Positions 1 through 11,179 of a stretch of 64,000 nucleotides of DNA are shown here, in pieces. How positions within the stretch are numbered: position 1 is the first letter of the stretch; every line of letters starts with the position of its first letter. Made by a program: the position numbers and the translations under genes. The notes under the pieces are model-generated. The model ran no database searches. It was not told the origin of the DNA and worked only from the letters and a program-made list of their open reading frames with translations. The DNA comes from Flavobacteriales bacterium (GTDB lineage Bacteria > Bacteroidota > Bacteroidia > Flavobacteriales > BACL11). The DNA is taken from contig JACNLP010000027.1 in NCBI GenBank assembly GCA_014381465.1, forward strand, positions 1,685 through 65,684. The letters are read 5' to 3'.

Positions 1-203
1 CAAAGCACCCCTAATATCTTCATAATTTGTTTTATCATTTTCCTTTGTTTTTATCAATCATTCCGAATTTCAATTTTACAAAGATATAAATTTTATTTGT
101 TATCTTATTTAAACAGTAAAAAATTGATGTAATAAATAACAACAAATAGTCGTTAATAAGTCAGTTAAATCCAAAAAAGCATTATCAGTTTATTTACAAA
201 TAC

Positions 204-211
204 TAACTTTG
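204..211 (+). promoter_or_regulatory. Bacteroidota sigma-A -7 element (TAACTTTG) upstream of porU
   Basis: Matches TAnnTTTG consensus, 5 nt before ATG 217. Confidence 0.6.
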
Positions 212-216
212 CCATT

Positions 217-3200
217 ATGAAAAACCTTCTTTTTTTACTCTTTATATTTTGCTTTTCTTTATCTAGCAAATCAGAAGAAAATATTAATTCTGTTTTAGCC
301 AATGGTAATTGGTATAAAATTGCTGTGCAGCAAGATGGTGTTTATAAAATTAGCTATTCGAATTTATCTGATTTAGGCATAAATACTAGTAATTTATCTT
401 GTGATAAAATCCGTATTTTTGGTAATGGAGGCGGCATGTTGCCTAAATTAAACAATGATTTTAGGCATGATGGACTACAAGAAAATGCCATAAAAGTAGT
501 TGACAACAACAATAATGGTGTTTTTGAAAGTGGGGATTACATCTTATTTTTTGGACAATCGCCTGACAGATGGAACTATAATGAAACCGACAATCGATTT
601 CATCATCAGAAGAACTTATTTAGCCGAAAAACCTACTATTTTATTACTACTGATATGGGGAATGGAGGCAAAAGAATACAAAGTAAAAGCACTCCTAATT
701 TTGATGTGAGCGTAAGTGAATTTGATGATTTTGCTTTTCATGAGCAGGATTTGGAGAACTTTATAAAATCAGGTGCTCAATGGTATGGCGAAAAATTTGA
801 TTTAACAAATACCTATAATTTTAGTTTTAGTTTTCCAAATATTGATGATTCAACTCCTGTATATATTAAAACATCAGTTGCGGCTCGTTCTTTTTCAGCT
901 TCTTCATTTTTAGTAAAAACAAATTCAACTAATATTCAAAGTATTTCAGTAGCACAAGCTGATCCACATTATACTGCTGATTATGCTAAACTATCTTCTA
1001 GTTCCGCCACATTTACAGGGCAACCTAATATGGAGATTTCTGTTTCTTATAATCAGCCACAAAATACTTCTGTTGGTTGGCTAAATTTTTTAGAACTAAA
1101 TGCAAGAAGACAATTAAAAATGAGTGGCAATCAAATGCTTTTTAGAGATGTGCAGTCGGTAGCGGACAGTGTAAATGCAAAGTTTGTTATTTCAAATGCT
1201 ACTTCAAATTTAATAGTTTGGGATGTAACAAATTCTGTTAATATAAAAGAAAGAGTTGCTTCATTTTCTTCCAGTAAAACTACTTTTATATCATCAACTG
1301 ATTCCTTAAAAGAGTATTTGGCTTTTAATGGAAATTCTTTTTATTCCACAGAGCTTATTGGTAAAATAAGTAATCAAAATCTACATGGTAGTTCTGATGA
1401 TGTAGAATATGTAATTGTATCTCACCCTAATTTTTTATCAGCAGCAAATGATTTAGCCGCATACCATGAGCAACAAGATGGGATAAATACCATTGTAGTA
1501 ACGCCTCAGCAAATTTATAATGAGTTTTCATCAGGGGCACAAGATATTAGTGCAATTCGTGATTTTATGAGGATGTTTTACAAAAAACCAAACAGCAAAA
1601 TTAAATATCTTTTATTATTTGGAGATGGCTCTTACGATCCTCTTAATCGTATTTCTTCAAATACAAATTTTATCCCATCTTTTCAATCCAACAACTCGGT
1701 TTCCCCAACACAAAGCTATGTAACGGATGATTATTTCGGGCTTTTAGATGATTCGGAAGGTAATTTTGCTAACGATTTGGTAGATATTGGTATTGGAAGA
1801 TTTCCAGTACAGACCCTTACGGAAGCTAATAATATGGTAGATAAGGTAAAAAGATATAATGGAAAAATGTCTTTTGGTGATTGGCGAAATAAAGTCACTT
1901 TTATTGCGGATGATGGGGATGCGGCTGATGGAAATACCCACATGTGGCAAGCCGATAGTTTGGCAAATATAATTGATGATAATTACAAAAACATCAACAT
2001 TAAAAAAATATATTTAGATGCTTTTACACAAGAATCTACCCCTGGCGGACCAAGATCGCCTGATGCACAAAAAGCCATTACCGAAAGTGTAGAAAAAGGA
2101 AGTTTGCTTATCAATTATTCTGGACATGGAGGAGAGTTGGGCTGGACAAAAGAAAGGATTTTGGAAGTAGGACAAATAAACAAATGGGAAAATGAAAATA
2201 ATTTACCACTTTTTGTAACGGCAACTTGCGAGTTTTCCCGCTTTGATGATCCGGATAGAATTTCTGCTGGCGAATACACTTTGCTTAATAAAAATGGAGG
2301 TGCTATTGCACTGCTTTCCACCACACGCTTGGTTTATGCTAGCCCAAATTATTTTCTTAACAAACAATTTGTAAAAGTACTTTTTGAAAAAGAAAATGGA
2401 GAATCTCCAAGATTAGGCGATTTATTCCGGCAAACAAAAGTAAATAGCGGCACGGCACTTAACAATAGAAACTTTACGCTTTTGGGCGATCCTGCACTTT
2501 GCTTGGCTTATCCGGATTTGAATGTAAGTACAACAGCAATTTCCGATACAATTTCTGCTTTGGGAGAAGTAACAATTTCAGGAAAAATTGAGGATGAGAA
2601 TGGAACTTTAGCAAGCAATTTTAATGGTGTGGTTTTTCCAACAGTTTATGATAAACAGGAGATACTAAAAACTTTGGGGCAAGAAAGTAGCACTCAAATG
2701 CCTTATAGAAGTCAGAATAACATACTATATAAAGGAAAAGCATCAGTAACAAATGGAACTTTCAGCTTTTCCTTTATAGTGCCAAAGGATATTGCATACA
2801 ATTTTGGTAGCGGAAGAATATCCTATTATGCTGTTTCAGCCGATAGTTTGCAAGATGCAAGTGGCTATGATGAGAGTTTTACTATTGGCGGAACATCTAG
2901 CAATATTACAGCCGATTTTGACGGACCAGAAATTGAACTTTTTATTAATAATGAGCAATTTGTTTCTGGAGGAATGACCAATGAAGACCCACTACTTTTT
3001 GCAATACTTAATGATTTTAGTGGTATTAACACGGTAGGAAATGGAATAGGGCACGATATTATTGCAGTTTTGGATAATGAGACTAACCAATCTATTTCTT
3101 TGAATGATTATTACACTGCCGATATTGATAATTATAAAAGTGGAAGTGTAGCTTATCCTTTTTACGATTTGGAGAAAGGGCATCATACTTTGCATCTAAA

Positions 3201-3576
3201 AGTGTGGGATGTTTTTAATAATTCTGCCGAACAAGAAATAGATTTTTATGTAACGGATGCCATTGATTTTACTTTGTCAGAACTTTTGAATTACCCAAAT
3301 CCTTTTAAAGAATATACCAATTTTTATTTTCAACATAATAGGGCAGGAGAAATTTTAGAAGTAGAGTTGCAAATTTTTGATTTATCGGGTAGAATGGTAG
3401 CTTCTATAAAAGAAAATAAGTATGATGAGGGATATAGAGTTGGCCCTATAAATTGGGATGGAACTACAAATTCTGGTGAAAAATTGGGTGCTGGAATTTA
3501 TGTTTATCGCTTTAATGTTAAAGCGGAAGATGGCACTTTAGAAAGTAAAGCAGAAAAACTAATAATATTAAGATAA
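217..3576 (+). CDS. porU: Type IX secretion system sortase PorU (C25 peptidase family)
   Basis: 1119 aa; signal peptide, GNWYKI N-terminus, C25 motifs LLLFGD, GHG and ATCEF, T9SS CTD; upstream of porV. Confidence 0.93.
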   Translation: MKNLLFLLFIFCFSLSSKSEENINSVLANGNWYKIAVQQDGVYKISYSNLSDLGINTSNLSCDKIRIFGNGGGMLPKLNNDFRHDGLQENAIKVVDNNNNGVFESGDYILFFGQSPDRWNYNETDNRFHHQKNLFSRKTYYFITTDMGNGGKRIQSKSTPNFDVSVSEFDDFAFHEQDLENFIKSGAQWYGEKFDLTNTYNFSFSFPNIDDSTPVYIKTSVAARSFSASSFLVKTNSTNIQSISVAQADPHYTADYAKLSSSSATFTGQPNMEISVSYNQPQNTSVGWLNFLELNARRQLKMSGNQMLFRDVQSVADSVNAKFVISNATSNLIVWDVTNSVNIKERVASFSSSKTTFISSTDSLKEYLAFNGNSFYSTELIGKISNQNLHGSSDDVEYVIVSHPNFLSAANDLAAYHEQQDGINTIVVTPQQIYNEFSSGAQDISAIRDFMRMFYKKPNSKIKYLLLFGDGSYDPLNRISSNTNFIPSFQSNNSVSPTQSYVTDDYFGLLDDSEGNFANDLVDIGIGRFPVQTLTEANNMVDKVKRYNGKMSFGDWRNKVTFIADDGDAADGNTHMWQADSLANIIDDNYKNINIKKIYLDAFTQESTPGGPRSPDAQKAITESVEKGSLLINYSGHGGELGWTKERILEVGQINKWENENNLPLFVTATCEFSRFDDPDRISAGEYTLLNKNGGAIALLSTTRLVYASPNYFLNKQFVKVLFEKENGESPRLGDLFRQTKVNSGTALNNRNFTLLGDPALCLAYPDLNVSTTAISDTISALGEVTISGKIEDENGTLASNFNGVVFPTVYDKQEILKTLGQESSTQMPYRSQNNILYKGKASVTNGTFSFSFIVPKDIAYNFGSGRISYYAVSADSLQDASGYDESFTIGGTSSNITADFDGPEIELFINNEQFVSGGMTNEDPLLFAILNDFSGINTVGNGIGHDIIAVLDNETNQSISLNDYYTADIDNYKSGSVAYPFYDLEKGHHTLHLKVWDVFNNSAEQEIDFYVTDAIDFTLSELLNYPNPFKEYTNFYFQHNRAGEILEVELQIFDLSGRMVASIKENKYDEGYRVGPINWDGTTNSGEKLGAGIYVYRFNVKAEDGTLESKAEKLIILR

Positions 3577-3637
3577 CAAAAGCGTTATAGCCCTCAATAA
3601 AAAGATATATATTTGCCAACCTAAAATTAATTTAAGA

Positions 3638-4813
3638 ATGAGAAAGATTTTTTTGATAGTTATTGCCTTTGCATTTTGTGTGCAAACCTTTGGGCAAGAT
3701 AATGCAATGCACAGAACGGATCAATTGAACACTATTACTACTTCTGTTCCTTTCCTTATAATAGGGCCGGATTCCAGAAGCGGTGGTATGGGAGATGTGG
3801 GGGTGGCTTCTACGCCTGATGCAAATTCAATGCATTGGAATCCTGCAAAATATGCTTTTGTTAAAGATGATATGGGAATCGCTATGAATTATGTGCCATG
3901 GCTTAGGTCATTGGTTCCTGATATTTCTCTTTCTTATCTTTCCGGATATTTTAAAAGAAACGATAATGAAACTATTGGCTTTTCCCTTAGATATTTTTCC
4001 TTAGGAGATATTACATTTACAAATAATACTGGAGGTGAAATTGGGCAATACAACCCAAATGAATTCGCTTTCTCTGGGGCTTATGCCCGTAAGCTTTCCG
4101 AGCATTATTCTATTGCAATTGCAGCAAGATATATTCGTTCAGATCTTACTGGAGGGCAAACACTTACTGGGTCAGGAAATATGTCAACACATGCAGGACA
4201 ATCCATTGCTGCCGATATATCTTCTTATTTTACTAAAGAAGTACGAATAGCAAAAAAAGATTTTGATTGGGCAATGGGCTTAAATATTTCTAATCTGGGA
4301 AATAAAATATCCTATACCGAGACAGCAGTAAGAGATTTTATTCCTATCAATATGCGTTTTGGAACTTCCATTGGAACCGATTTTGATGACTATAATAGAA
4401 TGAGTATAGAGTTTGATGTCAATAAATTGTTGGTTCCAACACCGCCTTCAAGAAATGGTGATGGTGAAATAAATGGAGGAATGGATCCAGATGTGTCGGT
4501 AGTAAATGGGGTATTTCAGTCTTTTTGGGATGCACCAGGAGGAACAAAAGAAGAGTTTAGAGAATTGAATTATTCAACAGGGTTAGAATATTGGTATGCC
4601 GAGCAATTTGCCATACGAGCAGGGTATTTTTATGAGCATCCTACAAAAGGAGACAGGCAATATTTCACCATGGGAGCGGGTGTAAAATACAATGTTTTTG
4701 TTTTGGATTTCTCTTATTTAATTGATGCGAGTAGCTCTATAAATGGAAGTAATCCACTTGCAAATACAATTCGCTTTTCTATGACTTGGAATCTTGGAGA
4801 GGTTGCAAATTAA
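3638..4813 (+). CDS. porV: T9SS outer-membrane shuttle PorV
   Basis: ITTSVPFL..PDSR.GGMGD and HWNPAKY motifs; conserved porU-porV-ispF order. Confidence 0.93.
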   Translation: MRKIFLIVIAFAFCVQTFGQDNAMHRTDQLNTITTSVPFLIIGPDSRSGGMGDVGVASTPDANSMHWNPAKYAFVKDDMGIAMNYVPWLRSLVPDISLSYLSGYFKRNDNETIGFSLRYFSLGDITFTNNTGGEIGQYNPNEFAFSGAYARKLSEHYSIAIAARYIRSDLTGGQTLTGSGNMSTHAGQSIAADISSYFTKEVRIAKKDFDWAMGLNISNLGNKISYTETAVRDFIPINMRFGTSIGTDFDDYNRMSIEFDVNKLLVPTPPSRNGDGEINGGMDPDVSVVNGVFQSFWDAPGGTKEEFRELNYSTGLEYWYAEQFAIRAGYFYEHPTKGDRQYFTMGAGVKYNVFVLDFSYLIDASSSINGSNPLANTIRFSMTWNLGEVAN

Positions 4814-4815
4814 TC

Positions 4816-5292
4816 ATGAATTTTAGAATAGGTTTCGGATTTGATGTTCATCAGTTGCAAGAGGGACTTGACTTTTGGCTTGGGGGGATTTTGGTTCCTC
4901 ATAATAAAGGGGCTCTCGGTCATTCTGATGCTGATGTATTAATTCATACTATTTGTGATGCGCTTTTAGGAGCTGCTAATTTGGGAGATATTGGAAAGCA
5001 TTTCCCTGATACTGCAGCAGAGTACAAAGGAATTGATAGTAAAATTTTGCTGAAAGAAGTAATGGTTTTGATTAGAGAAAAGGGCTATGAAATAGGTAAT
5101 ATCGATTCTACTATTTGTTTACAAACTCCTAAAATAGGTCCTTATATTCCTGAGATGCAAAAAGTATTAGCAGGCTGTATGGGGGTGGATACGGATTTAG
5201 TTTCTATTAAAGCCACCACTACTGAAAAACTAAGTTTTGTTGGCAGAGAAGAAGGCGTTTCTGCTTATGCCACTGTGCTTATTCAAAAATAG
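4816..5292 (+). CDS. ispF: 2-C-methyl-D-erythritol 2,4-cyclodiphosphate synthase
   Basis: RIGFGFDVH, GHSDADV, KATTTE motifs; start moved to ATG 4816. Confidence 0.95.
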   Translation: MNFRIGFGFDVHQLQEGLDFWLGGILVPHNKGALGHSDADVLIHTICDALLGAANLGDIGKHFPDTAAEYKGIDSKILLKEVMVLIREKGYEIGNIDSTICLQTPKIGPYIPEMQKVLAGCMGVDTDLVSIKATTTEKLSFVGREEGVSAYATVLIQK

Positions 5293-5333
5293 ATTTTAGA
5301 CCGCTTTCCTTTTAGTATTAAGATATTAGACAT

Positions 5334-5810
5334 CTAAAATCTAACATCTGTTTTTACATCATCCCTTAAATAGACTTGCATTTTTGCTCTAGCACAAACA
5401 ATTCCTTTTTTGTTAATGCCCTCCACTGTGTGCCAAATTTCAAACTTTCCTTTCTCGTTTAAGGTTTTTTCAGCTAGATTGATATCTTTCTCAGTAATCT
5501 TGAAATGTAATTTAAGAGAGCTGTCAGCAGGGTGTAAATATTGTATTTCAGCAGATTTTAACCAAATAATAAGTTTACGGTTTTTATTTGCAAAAATGTG
5601 GTAGTACATGGTTGGGAAATAAGGGTCGCAAGCTGAGAAGATACTGCCGCCAAAAATAGTTTTATGAAAATTTATATTGAATAATGCTCTTCTAATAACT
5701 ACTTTCATTTCCAAGAAATCATCAGAAATTTCCTTTAATACTATTCGGTTGAATAATAATGGAGGAAAGATATTTAAAACAAATTTGAGTAAAAATTTAG
5801 GAACTTGCAT
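5334..5810 (-). CDS. DUF4442 / hotdog-fold thioesterase-like protein
   Basis: NINFHKTIFGGSIFSACDP motif; ATG 5810 follows a TAnnTTTG element. Confidence 0.75.
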   Translation of the reverse strand: MQVPKFLLKFVLNIFPPLLFNRIVLKEISDDFLEMKVVIRRALFNINFHKTIFGGSIFSACDPYFPTMYYHIFANKNRKLIIWLKSAEIQYLHPADSSLKLHFKITEKDINLAEKTLNEKGKFEIWHTVEGINKKGIVCARAKMQVYLRDDVKTDVRF

Positions 5811-5874
5811 ATTGCAAAAATAAAAAAACCCCACTCAAAAAGAGCAGGGTTTGAAAGTTTAGATTTTTATTTCT

Positions 5875-6507
5875 TTAGTGCTTTGATAAATAATCAGCTA
5901 CTCCTTCATGTGATTCTTTCATTGCATCTTGTCCTTTACTCCAGTTTGCTGGACAAACTTCACCATTTTCTTCAAAGTGTTGCAATGCATCTACCATTCT
6001 TAGCGCTTCATCAACATTTCTTCCTAATGGAAAATTATTAACTACTTGGTGTTGTACTACACCATTCTTATCGATTAAGAAAAGCCCTCTAAAAGCAATC
6101 ATTGGTCCGTTAGCAACCATGTTGTCGTTTTCATCTAACTCATACTCTCCAGCTAAAACACCAAAGTTCATTGAAATTGTTTTATCAGTATCTGCAACAA
6201 TTGGGTAAGTAATTCTTTGAATACCACCTTCAGATTTTGGCATTTGCAACCAGCCCCAATGCGACTGCTCTGTATCAGTTGAACAAGCAACTACAGCACA
6301 TCCTCTTGCTTCAAATTCAGCTAATTTATTTTGAAATGCAAATAATTCTGTTGGGCACACAAAAGTAAAATCTTTTGGGTAAAAGAAAAACAAAACTGGC
6401 TTTTCTCCTACAAATTGCTCTAATGAATATCCTTTTACAAATTCCCCTCCGTTAACTACTGCTTGAGCAGAAAATACTGGAGCTTTTTTACCTACTAATA
6501 CTGACAT
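5875..6507 (-). CDS. ahpC: 2-Cys peroxiredoxin (AhpC)
   Basis: FFYPKDFTFVCPTE and GEVCPANW motifs. Confidence 0.93.
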   Translation of the reverse strand: MSVLVGKKAPVFSAQAVVNGGEFVKGYSLEQFVGEKPVLFFFYPKDFTFVCPTELFAFQNKLAEFEARGCAVVACSTDTEQSHWGWLQMPKSEGGIQRITYPIVADTDKTISMNFGVLAGEYELDENDNMVANGPMIAFRGLFLIDKNGVVQHQVVNNFPLGRNVDEALRMVDALQHFEENGEVCPANWSKGQDAMKESHEGVADYLSKH

Positions 6508-6685
6508 AATTTTTTATTTTTTATTGTTATTAATTTTTGCAAAAATATTAATAAAAAGCATAAAAGTCATATTTTGGAAAGGATAAATTTTACTCTTTCT
6601 TTAATATTTGATTTTCGGCTGCCCCATTTTAACTTTTCCAATATTACAAAAAATACAAATAGTATTAAGGATTTTTATCAATTTA

Positions 6686-7993
6686 TTAAAAACCTTGAAT
6701 AATCCCACCAGTAATTTTCAGCAATGCAACTTTACTTTCCATCAAATTATAAGCCGCCTGCTGAGCATTAATACCAGATGTAATATAAGCAATTTCAATA
6801 TCCCTAAGCATAAAAGAATTGATAACTCCTCTGTTTTGTTTATCGGTAGCTAAAGTATAATTAGTTGCAGCAATCTTAAATGCCTTTTGATTTAAACTAA
6901 ATGCTGTAATACGGCTGTTATATTGATCATTAGTCAAGGATAATTGATGCAACACTTCTCTTTTAATCTTCTCATACTGCAAGTCATTTACTTCCTTTTG
7001 TACTTTTACTTTTCTTAAAGTATTGTACAATTTTCCTCCATCAAACAACCTAAAGTTTACTGAGAAATTTGCAAAATAATTTAAGCTCTCACCAGTATTA
7101 TCTATACTATTACTAAGCTCACCTATATCATAGGTACTCTCATTATAAGCAGCCCCAGAATTTACCGAAATAATAGGGTAAAAAGCTGCTTTGGATAAAC
7201 GAATATCTTGTTTGGCTAATTGAATATTGTAATACTGATTTTTAATGTTTGTATTATCAGCAAGAGTACTAGCTTTTAGATTTTCATAAGAGAATAATTG
7301 TATTTCAGTATCAATTTCATCTGTAAAAACCCAAGTTGTTTCAATTTCTTTTCCTAGAGTTAAATTAAGGTTTTTGATTGCATTATTATAATTAAGTTCT
7401 TGCATTATTAGATTTGAACTATCCGTGAGCATAGCATTTTCAATTTGTAATAAATCAATTTTACTACTTACGCCAATCTCATATTTCGTTTGCTGATATT
7501 CCAAACGGTTATTTGCCAATCGCACAACTTTTTGCAACAATTCTAACCTTTGCTTTTGCAACACACAGTTATAGTACTGAAGGATTATTCCTTGTATTGT
7601 ATTTTCAATAGTTAGTGTTGCATTATTATCACTTATTTCTTCAAGATTTTTGAGTTTTGCTTTATTGGCCCTAATTGCAAATCCGTTAAAAAGCGTCCAA
7701 CTTACATTGGCGTTACCATTTAATGCAGTTGATCGTAATTCATAAGGCATAAAAGAAGTTGGGTTATTGGTTTGATCTGATAAAGCCTCTTCTTTTTTAG
7801 CTGATAGATTGATAGTAGGCAAAGCTCCTGCATTAGCCCAATTGTTATTTATTTCACTAATTTTTTTATTTTTACTACTCAATTGGATATCGTAATTTTC
7901 TTGCATTCCAATTTTAATAGCATCCATTAAACTCAGCTCAGTTTGAGCAAAAAGTAAGTTTGGAAACAGCAATAATATAATGTACTTTTTCAT
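6686..7993 (-). CDS. TolC-family outer membrane efflux protein
   Basis: Signal peptide, two OEP repeats (WTLFNG, RLFDGG); last gene of RND operon. Confidence 0.85.
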   Translation of the reverse strand: MKKYIILLLFPNLLFAQTELSLMDAIKIGMQENYDIQLSSKNKKISEINNNWANAGALPTINLSAKKEEALSDQTNNPTSFMPYELRSTALNGNANVSWTLFNGFAIRANKAKLKNLEEISDNNATLTIENTIQGIILQYYNCVLQKQRLELLQKVVRLANNRLEYQQTKYEIGVSSKIDLLQIENAMLTDSSNLIMQELNYNNAIKNLNLTLGKEIETTWVFTDEIDTEIQLFSYENLKASTLADNTNIKNQYYNIQLAKQDIRLSKAAFYPIISVNSGAAYNESTYDIGELSNSIDNTGESLNYFANFSVNFRLFDGGKLYNTLRKVKVQKEVNDLQYEKIKREVLHQLSLTNDQYNSRITAFSLNQKAFKIAATNYTLATDKQNRGVINSFMLRDIEIAYITSGINAQQAAYNLMESKVALLKITGGIIQGF

Positions 7994-10900
7994 TAGTCCT
8001 CTCTTTCGTTTAGTCTTTTTTGTAATTTAGTATAAGGCTCTACCTCCATCTTAGTTGGTGGAGTTTGACCTCCTATCCATAGCCACCATCTTGCGCGTCT
8101 CATATCATTAAAATAAAGTATTAATGACGGGAAATAAAGAAGCAATATAACAGTACCAAATAGCACACCAAATGCTACTGATATTGCCATAGGAATTAGG
8201 AATTGTGCTTGGAAACTTTTTTCTAAAATTAAAGGAAATAACCCTACAAAAGTTGTAATTGTTGTAAGTATAATTGCTCTAAATCTGCTTGTACCAGCAG
8301 CAATTACAGCATCATCCATATTCATTCCTTCTGCAATATTTCTATTGTATTTATCAAGCATTACTACTGCATCATTTACTAGTATTCCAATAAGTGCAAT
8401 TACACCCCATACACTCATTATTGAGAATGGTTTTCCGATAATACCATGTCCTAAAATTGCCGAGAAAATACCTATTGGGACTACCATCAAGATTAATCTT
8501 GCCTGATAGAATGACTTAAAGTTTAGGGAAATTGTAAGTACAATCAATATAATACTAATAAGAAATGCGATTCCTAGTCTTTTACCACTATCTGCTGCTT
8601 CTTCAGCTTGTCCCATTATCTTATAACTAACTTCAGGAAATTCATTTCTCATAATTCCTAAATATTCCCTTTCAATTTCAGCATTTACATCTCCTGAAAA
8701 TTCTGCATTATAAAGATTAGCATCAACTCTTATTTCTTTAGTTCCGTTAATGTGGTTTATTTTTACTCTACCTCTTTTGTACTCATAATTAGCAATAGCT
8801 TCAAGCGGATACATTTCCCCACTCATAGTTTTGATTTTCACTTTATTCAAATCTTCTATGCTATTTCTGTCACTCTCAGGGTATCTTAACCAAATTTTAA
8901 CCTCATCTCTACCTACAATAAGTCTTTGCACTTCTTCTCCGAAAAACCCTTGTCTTATTTGCTTCATTACTGTTGCTTCATTCAGTCCTAAAGCATAAGC
9001 TTTTTCTTTTAAATTAATGTGAATTTCACGGTTTCCAACTCCACCATTATCCATCACTTCTTTTACCATGTTTATTGAGCTTATTCTTTCTTTAAGCCAA
9101 TTTACTGCATTTTTTAATTGCTCATCATCTTCTGATTGTAAAGAAATAGATACTGCTTTACCAAATTGCTGAAAACCACCTACTGAAATCTTTTTCATTA
9201 CCGCTAAGGAATCAGAGTGTATTCTCCTTTGAATCTCGTTAGAAATATCAATAGTAGATATAAGTTCGTTCTCCTCAATAGCAAGTCTTAAACTTCCTAC
9301 ATGAGAACCAGAAACTCCTAAATTCTCAGTAAAACCTACAGTTAAAGAAACATCTGTAAATATACTATCATTAAATTCTTCTATTAACTCTTTATGATAA
9401 TCTTGAATAATACCATCAATATACCACAAGAAATTTTCAGTTCTAAATTCTCTTTCACCAGGTTTGTAAGCGAACTCAATCTTTACTTCATTAAAGGGAA
9501 CTGACGGGAAGAAAGTCCATCTAATAACACCAGTTGCTAGCATAATAACTACTATTACTATAATTGCAACTGGAGTCCAAACATGCTTTCGGTAATTCTT
9601 TACAAAAGAGGTATTTACTTTTGTGTACCAATTCCTAAGCTTTACCACCTTACTCTCAACTACTTTTTTTATTTTTCCTATTCTAGAATCAGTATCTTCA
9701 GTTAATACAGCTCTTGAAGCTAAGTGAGATGGCAACACTAAAAATGCTTCTATCAAAGAAAAGAGTAAGGCTGCTATCACACTAAACGCCATTTCCTGCA
9801 TCATTTCCATTTGCCCACCAACAAATAACAAAGTAGAGAAAGCAAATACAGTTGTAAGTACTGATGTTAATACAGGAGTTACAACTTCCATAGTTCCATC
9901 AAGTGCTGCTTTCATTGGAGATTTACCTTTTTCAAAGTGGTTGTAAATATTTTCTGCAATTACAATACCATCATCAACAAGTATACCTACAACTAATATC
10001 ATACCAAATAATGAAATCATGTTTATAGTCATTCCATAAAGCAAACCGAAAGAAATCATTCCTATAAAGGAGAACGGAATACCAAATGCAACCCATGATG
10101 AAAGCCTAAAACTTAAGAACAACCCAAGAATAACCACCACTAAAAACAAACCAATAAGTAAATTATTACTTAATGTTTCTATTCTTTGATCAAGCATATC
10201 TGCAAACTGAAATAGTGTTATTATTTCAAATTCAGGATTTTCTGCATTAAACTTTGCAATGTATTTTTCTAAAGAGTTTGCTATTTTTTTAATATCCTCT
10301 TCAGGAGTTTTCTTAATCAAAAAACTAATTGATCGCTCTCCATTTACAAAAGATTTCATTGGAATATCAGAAAACTCTAAAGCTACTTTTGCAATATCTT
10401 TAAGTCTGACAATATCCCCATTTCTATCAGAAAAAATAACAATATTCTCTACTCCTGCAGTTGTAGTATTTCTGTTATTTGACCGTATAATTATCTCATC
10501 TTTTTGAGTTTTAATACTCCCTCCTGATATATCAATATTACTTAACTTGATTGCAGTGCTGATTGCATCAAAATTGATATTATGCCTTAAAAGTGAGGAT
10601 TCATCTATCTCTACAGAAATAATAATTGGCGCATAACCAATCACTTGAATCTGACTTATTTCATCATCATTCAATAAATCTTGCTCAATTTTATCCGCTT
10701 TTTCTTTTAGTTGCCAAAGGTCATCTGGCCCGTTTAAAGCATAGTAACCAACCATATTACCCATCCCGCCCATTCCTCTGCTTTTCTGCTTTTGAACAGT
10801 TGGCTTCTCAGCTCCTGAAGGAAAGGAATAGATTGCATCAACAGAGTTTTTTACATCAGTAAGTACATCATCTATATCAAAACCTTCATAGACTTCAATA

Positions 10901-11178
10901 GTAACTGCTGATACATTTTCAGATGATGTAGAAGTAACTTCCTCTATCCCTTCAATTCCATTTAAGGATTCTTCAATTCGGGTAGTAATTCCTTCTTCTA
11001 TCTCTTCAGGTGAAGCACCAGGATAAGCAACATTTACATACACTTTATTTGGTGGCAACTCAGGGAAAAACGACTGAGGCATCATTGCTAGACTAAGGAA
11101 TCCAGCAATAGCAGTAATAATTATTACTGCATTGGCATAGATAGGGTACTTTATAAAATAGGCAATTAATTTTCTCAT
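7993..11178 (-). CDS. RND efflux permease (AcrB/AcrD/AcrF family)
   Basis: 1061 aa; YPGASPEEIE, GILVDDGIV, SRFRAI motifs. Confidence 0.92.
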   Translation of the reverse strand: MRKLIAYFIKYPIYANAVIIITAIAGFLSLAMMPQSFFPELPPNKVYVNVAYPGASPEEIEEGITTRIEESLNGIEGIEEVTSTSSENVSAVTIEVYEGFDIDDVLTDVKNSVDAIYSFPSGAEKPTVQKQKSRGMGGMGNMVGYYALNGPDDLWQLKEKADKIEQDLLNDDEISQIQVIGYAPIIISVEIDESSLLRHNINFDAISTAIKLSNIDISGGSIKTQKDEIIIRSNNRNTTTAGVENIVIFSDRNGDIVRLKDIAKVALEFSDIPMKSFVNGERSISFLIKKTPEEDIKKIANSLEKYIAKFNAENPEFEIITLFQFADMLDQRIETLSNNLLIGLFLVVVILGLFLSFRLSSWVAFGIPFSFIGMISFGLLYGMTINMISLFGMILVVGILVDDGIVIAENIYNHFEKGKSPMKAALDGTMEVVTPVLTSVLTTVFAFSTLLFVGGQMEMMQEMAFSVIAALLFSLIEAFLVLPSHLASRAVLTEDTDSRIGKIKKVVESKVVKLRNWYTKVNTSFVKNYRKHVWTPVAIIVIVVIMLATGVIRWTFFPSVPFNEVKIEFAYKPGEREFRTENFLWYIDGIIQDYHKELIEEFNDSIFTDVSLTVGFTENLGVSGSHVGSLRLAIEENELISTIDISNEIQRRIHSDSLAVMKKISVGGFQQFGKAVSISLQSEDDEQLKNAVNWLKERISSINMVKEVMDNGGVGNREIHINLKEKAYALGLNEATVMKQIRQGFFGEEVQRLIVGRDEVKIWLRYPESDRNSIEDLNKVKIKTMSGEMYPLEAIANYEYKRGRVKINHINGTKEIRVDANLYNAEFSGDVNAEIEREYLGIMRNEFPEVSYKIMGQAEEAADSGKRLGIAFLISIILIVLTISLNFKSFYQARLILMVVPIGIFSAILGHGIIGKPFSIMSVWGVIALIGILVNDAVVMLDKYNRNIAEGMNMDDAVIAAGTSRFRAIILTTITTFVGLFPLILEKSFQAQFLIPMAISVAFGVLFGTVILLLYFPSLILYFNDMRRARWWLWIGGQTPPTKMEVEPYTKLQKRLNERED

Positions 11179-11179
11179 T